64,000 nucleotides of DNA, from NCBI GenBank assembly GCA_907165135.1, contig OU015568.1, positions 15,449,208 to 15,513,207 on the forward strand, given 5' to 3'. Origin of the DNA: Oikopleura dioica. Its lineage: Eukaryota > Animalia > Chordata. The position numbers and the translations under genes were made by a program. Shown piece after piece: positions 59,617-64,000 of the stretch (the stretch's first letter is position 1; each line of letters starts with the position of its first letter). The notes under the pieces are model-generated. The model did not search any database and was not told the DNA's origin. It was given only the letters and a program-made list of their open reading frames with translations.

Positions 59617-60806
59617 GTAGAATGTCTGTCTTATTCTTCACATCCTTCAATAACCATTTCTGACCACAAACCAATCCTTGCCAGTTTCATCGCCCGAACC
59701 GAGAGGATCAACAAAGAAATCTACTACTCCGTGTACAAAGAAGTTACCAGTTGGCTAGACAAGCACGAGATTGAGCTTATTCCGCAAAGGCTGTTTCAAG
59801 CAAAGCAATCGACTTTGGAAAGCTGAAATTTTGGAACGAGCGATCGCAGAATACGGGAAAGACGCTGGCGCAGTTTCAGATCATCGATTCGAAAGTGTTC
59901 TCGCCGGACAAGGACATCTACGAAGCTTTTAATTCAAACATCGGCTTGTGGATCGATCCAAATAAGGTAAATTGCAATGAAAATCCATGATTTGAAGTTA
60001 TTTTCAGGTAATCTTACAGCCAGATAGTGGAGATGCCTCAATTTATACAATAGGATTCGATCTCAACATCAATAAAGAAGTCGTCTCAAAGTTCAACTTC
60101 GGTGTGAAGCAAGGAGACAAGTTCGTGAATCCCGTCGACGATCTCATTCTCATCCTCAAGTTGAAAAACGGGCCTGATCATTACATAACTCTTTCCGGAA
60201 ACTGAACATACTCGGCGTTTGGAATGCCATTCATTGCTCTTACACATTCATTCTTCAAAAAAGCTTCCTTTATATCCTGCGACTTCTCTAGTTCTCAATC
60301 AATTAGGTACTTTCAAGATAAATTCGAGACCCTCAACATTTTTTCTCAGAAAAGAATGCCTCAAACGATGCTTCGATGAGGGAGCAGAATTTCAACCTGC
60401 TTTCTACGTTTTACTGAATCACATCGTCAACCATGGATTTACAGAAAACTACTTTTAGATCGAGACACTTCCAGGTTCAGTTGCTTCCGTGGCAGAAGTA
60501 TTGTTGCTCTTCCACAATTCGAATCCCTTCCCAATAATCTTATGTTCGCATTTTGAAATTTGCCTTGTCATCGTGGACCACGTGAGGCTTTGTAAAAATC
60601 TCGTTGAAAAGCTCGACCTCAGATCGCAAAACAACTTTCAATATTTAGTAAGTCTCCAAATCTCATCATTCAACGAACAACTTTGGTTAGATAATGTTCC
60701 TGAAAGAGGTTCTCAAGCATGGTAGCATCAATTGATGTACAAGTGAATTCCTAGCTGGACTATTTGCTGGATGCATTTTACGCCCTCAACTTCCTAGTCA
60801 TAATCG
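59617..60806 (+). pseudogene. OCRL: OCRL/INPP5B fragment (end of 5-phosphatase, ASH and RhoGAP domains), decayed
   Basis: ISDHKPI..WLDKHE..IP; LILKLKNGPDHYITLSGN*..FG; ETLPGSVASVAEVLLLF; LAGLFAGCILRP; stops and frameshifts; introns retained. Confidence 0.85.
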
Positions 60807-60864
60807 TAAGTTTCTATGAAATATGGTTTAATTGAACACTATTGAAGGCGAAAAAGTTCGACCC

Positions 60865-61010
60865 TCGAAGTCCTCAACGTCTGCCCCAATGCAATCGTTG
60901 ACTTCCAGTTCGGCTCTTCTGGCCAGTCAGATGCTGCAGCGATTCAGTTCTAGTTCAACTCCTTCCTTTTCCCAAATGCTACTTCTGGAACTTACACCAT
61001 GAGCTGCGAC
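60865..61010 (+). pseudogene. Zona pellucida (ZP) domain C-terminal fragment
   Basis: NVCPN..IQF*FNSFLFP..TYTMSCD followed by a GTAAG donor; internal stop. Confidence 0.5.
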
Positions 61011-61060
61011 GTAAGCGTTTTTTTTTTGAAAATTTGAAATGTTCTTATCTCTAAAACAAG

Positions 61061-61424
61061 GCGCCGAATCGTAAACGACGCGATAAGGATTCCGATCTCC
61101 CACGACGCTCGCAGAATCCGCGGAAGAAAAACAAAGGAGCTCGGACTCAATTTCAACAAGAAACGAGTGAAAACGAGGACGACGACGAGGATGTTGACGA
61201 TGATGGACCTTGCGTTGCTGGTAAGATGGATAAAGTTTTTGTGTTTTCACGCATTTTTAGGCCAATGCAAGCGTCCAGACGGCAACAAATTCGAGCGGGT
61301 CTATTTCGAGCGCTGCGCAAAATGGTACCACATGTTCTGCCTCAACGTTAACCCGAAAGACGTCCGCGACGACCCGAAGTTCGTCTGCTCCGACTGCCAG
61401 ATCCTCGAAGCTGCAACAAGTTAA
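61061..61424 (+). pseudogene. C-terminal PHD finger fragment, KDM5/lid-like, degenerate
   Basis: Acidic tract, then CVAGQCKRPDGNKFERVYFERCAKWYHMFC...FVCSDC-stop; the expected W and one Cys are replaced by R and F. Confidence 0.65.
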
Positions 61425-63579
61425 CACTCTCGTTCTCAAAAAAGCTCGAGATGACCACCCGCTGCTCCGCCCGCACGACCATTCTTCGGAAACCTTCGAA
61501 TTCAGCTCCATTTTCAAGCGAAGATTCTTTTTCTTATTTTACCAATTTTCAATTTCAATTTGTTTGCAACTTTTATCAACTAAAAGCTTACTCTCTTTGC
61601 ATTTTTGTACAAAATCCTTTGTTCCTTTGTGCGCTTGAATCTTGTTTATCGACAAATTAAGACATTTATTGAACCCATCACTATCTTCATTATTCCCCAT
61701 AAAGCCTAACTCACGATCGCTGAAAAAGGAACGATACAATTAATACATACAAAAATAACCAAACATTTACAGATTTACTCGTCTCTTTATGAATATCCGT
61801 CTTGTTGTTTTCCAAAACCTATTTTCCTTTTTTCCGGCCTATCTTCGAATACAGTACCTTCGGCTGGCTCCAGTTTTAGTCTCATTTTATCTCAGCTCCG
61901 GTTTTTCCAATTTCTATTTTTCGAAGCCATTAATTAAAATTGAAGTTTTGAATTTCGAGTTAGAAAATTGTTCATTTCATAAATTAGGCAATTTGTCATT
62001 TAGATTTAGCTCCATTCACGTCAGTACCAAAGCTCACTCAATCTCTTACCACTCATCTTCGGAAAAATTACCTGACAGAGATCAGTGGAATTAGCCAGCA
62101 GAAAGGCCATTTCGATGTTGGAATGCTCAGCGTCCATTCCTTTCAAGAAGCCGTGCTGGGACGCGTTGTCTTAAATAGTTTTAATAATTCATTATTTTTT
62201 TTAATAAGATAAAGAACCCAATAAAAGTAAAATGTGCTGATTATCTTCCACCAGTTCAGCATTCCATCTCGTGATCATGTGCGTCCAAATCACATTGGTC
62301 ATCGAAGCCTTGCTACTTGTGTATAGATGTAGATCCTTCGGGCCATCACACGTCATCGTAACGATATTCATATAATAATATGAAAAATTCTCCGTCTTGT
62401 AGATCAGCTGTTTTTTGGCGACTTTAGTGAGCTCCTTCGGGATATTCGCCACGATTACTTGATATTTTTTATAAATTTTATAAAAGAAAAATTTTAGATG
62501 ATCCGGTATGAATGGAAAAAGTCGTTAAAAGCAGCCGAGAAGAAGGAAAATCTGATCAAAATCAACAACTACTCGGAGAGAGCGATGCAAAAAGCTGAAG
62601 ACGACAAAAAAAGAATTCAACGACTGGTTGGAGAAAACTAGAACTGCCGAAGCTACTAAAAAGGTTTATCTTTAAGATTAATATTTATAAAATTTCCTGT
62701 TGACCATCTTCTTGAACCATCAGCAGCAATCGCAGTAAGGCTCGTCGCTCCGATACGCTTGTTTCCGAGCTGCTTTCTATTCCAATTCACCTTCTTGGAG
62801 CCCCATCCTTTGGAATGTGCACGTTGTAGCTCTACTTTCTTCTCGTCTATATTCATAACATCTTTTAAAGGTTTCATTTTGTATTTTTAACATTACAATA
62901 AGAGTAAATGAAGCCGTTCCTGACGGGTTACGATTATTAATTTTATCGACAAGTTCAGCTGTATGACCGGCAAGTTTAGAAAATTCGATTGGTTTCTTTT
63001 GCTCCGTTTGTTTTTCCATCCCAAAGCCAAGTCGTTTGACTAATGAAACAGTACTTCCTCTTCGGTTTTTTCCGGTATTGCCTTAATTTTGGTTAATATT
63101 TAAAAGGTAGGTCACTTATTACCAACTAAATAAGTACTTGAATATGTTCGACTGTTGTTTTTGTACTCCTCAGGACAGGTTTTTCCATATTGAATTGCAT
63201 GGTTGTTTACTCTAGCTCTGAAACAGTCTAATGGACGTAAAACTTTTCCATTGTCAGCATCTAAGGCTCTGCGGGAAATGTTCGTGAGTTCAGCTTCTTC
63301 GATGATGTCATCCTCTTTGTCAGCAAGAGAGAAATGGATGGTTCTAAAGTTATAAGAATTAATTAGAGAATTGTTATTAGGCTACTACTTCTCGAAATCA
63401 ATTCTTCCAGCGTTATAAACTTGTCGATTGTCTTCAGTTCCATGCACTTCGAGGCTCGCGTATGTCTTGTCCTTGTGATCATACCAATATCGTACTTTGT
63501 CTTTGTGTATACCAAGGTCATTGCCAATCTGGACATATCTTAACGTAATTTTAAGGCTCTGATCGTTGGAAAAACGAAA

Positions 63580-63970
63580 GTGGTCGTCATCAAGCTCAAT
63601 GGTGGTCGCGGTACTTCCACGGGCTTCACTTGTCCCAAGTCGATCATTTCCGTCAGATCTGGATTGAACTTTTTGGACTTGACTGTTCAGCAAATCGAGC
63701 ACTTGAACAAGACCTACGAGACCAACGTCCCCTTGGTTTTGATGAACTCCTTCAACACCGAAGAAGACACCCGAAAGATCCTCCGAAAGAACAACAACTG
63801 CCAGGTCGACATCAAAATGTTCAACCAGCTTCCAACGAATCAACAAAGAAACCCTTCTCCCCGTCCCCACCAAGGATCTCTACAACCTCAAGGATGGTAC
63901 CCACGGTGACATCTACATGGCCCTTTACGACTCTGGTTTGATTGAAGAGCTCATAAAGCAGGGCAAAGTA
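63580..63970 (+). pseudogene. UGP2: UDP-glucose pyrophosphorylase fragment, decayed
   Basis: VVIKLNGG(R)GTS..PKS..VRSGLNFLDLTVQQIEHLNKTY..VPLVLMNSFNT; frameshift near FNQ; deletion in WYPPGHGD; no N-terminal part. Confidence 0.9.
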
Positions 63971-64000
63971 ATAATAAGCGAATTTGGTTTAAGTCTCAGG

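Larger units (their letters stand above)
54648..64000 (+). mobile_element. Putative large gene-capturing element (Helitron-like or Pack-type), right end outside window
   Basis: Starts abruptly inside a host exon at A|TC, has subterminal repeats, then a mosaic of unrelated decayed gene fragments. No transposase or RepHel seen. Confidence 0.5.

Noticed and set aside
63580-63970. Functional UGP2 gene
   Set aside because: Conserved motifs altered, frameshift and deletion present, N-terminal exons absent.

Overview
AT-rich, intron-containing eukaryotic DNA. Very short introns, GA-AG introns, dense MITEs and a Tor-like Ty3/gypsy element point to a larvacean tunicate, probably Oikopleura (inference, not verified). 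Host genes: an O-fucosyltransferase-family gene, a two-EF-hand protein, a GPI-type kelch-like propeller, a small cationic secreted peptide, a coiled-coil RING protein, a multi-exon TMC channel, two small single-pass membrane proteins and a C1q-domain gene. There are three damaged copies of a protein kinase-papain-like cysteine protease fusion gene. A complete young LTR retrotransposon (29249-36252) has apparently identical 235-bp LTRs, an ATTG target duplication, a gag/pol junction that is a single in-frame UGA-CUAG, and a non-env third ORF. From about 54648 to the window end lies a patchwork of decayed, intron-bearing host gene fragments (LIS1, OCRL/INPP5B, ZP domain, KDM5-like PHD, UGP2) plus a Ulp1-type protease, resembling a gene-capturing transposon. 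The most striking observation is in the TMC gene: 14 predicted introns lack GT donors (8 do not even start with G), end in AG, and are bounded by short terminal inverted repeats with remnants of an 8-bp target duplication. They look like hAT-MITE insertions turned into introns, and one fresh insertion appears caught in an exon. All exon assembly and homology calls were made by eye.
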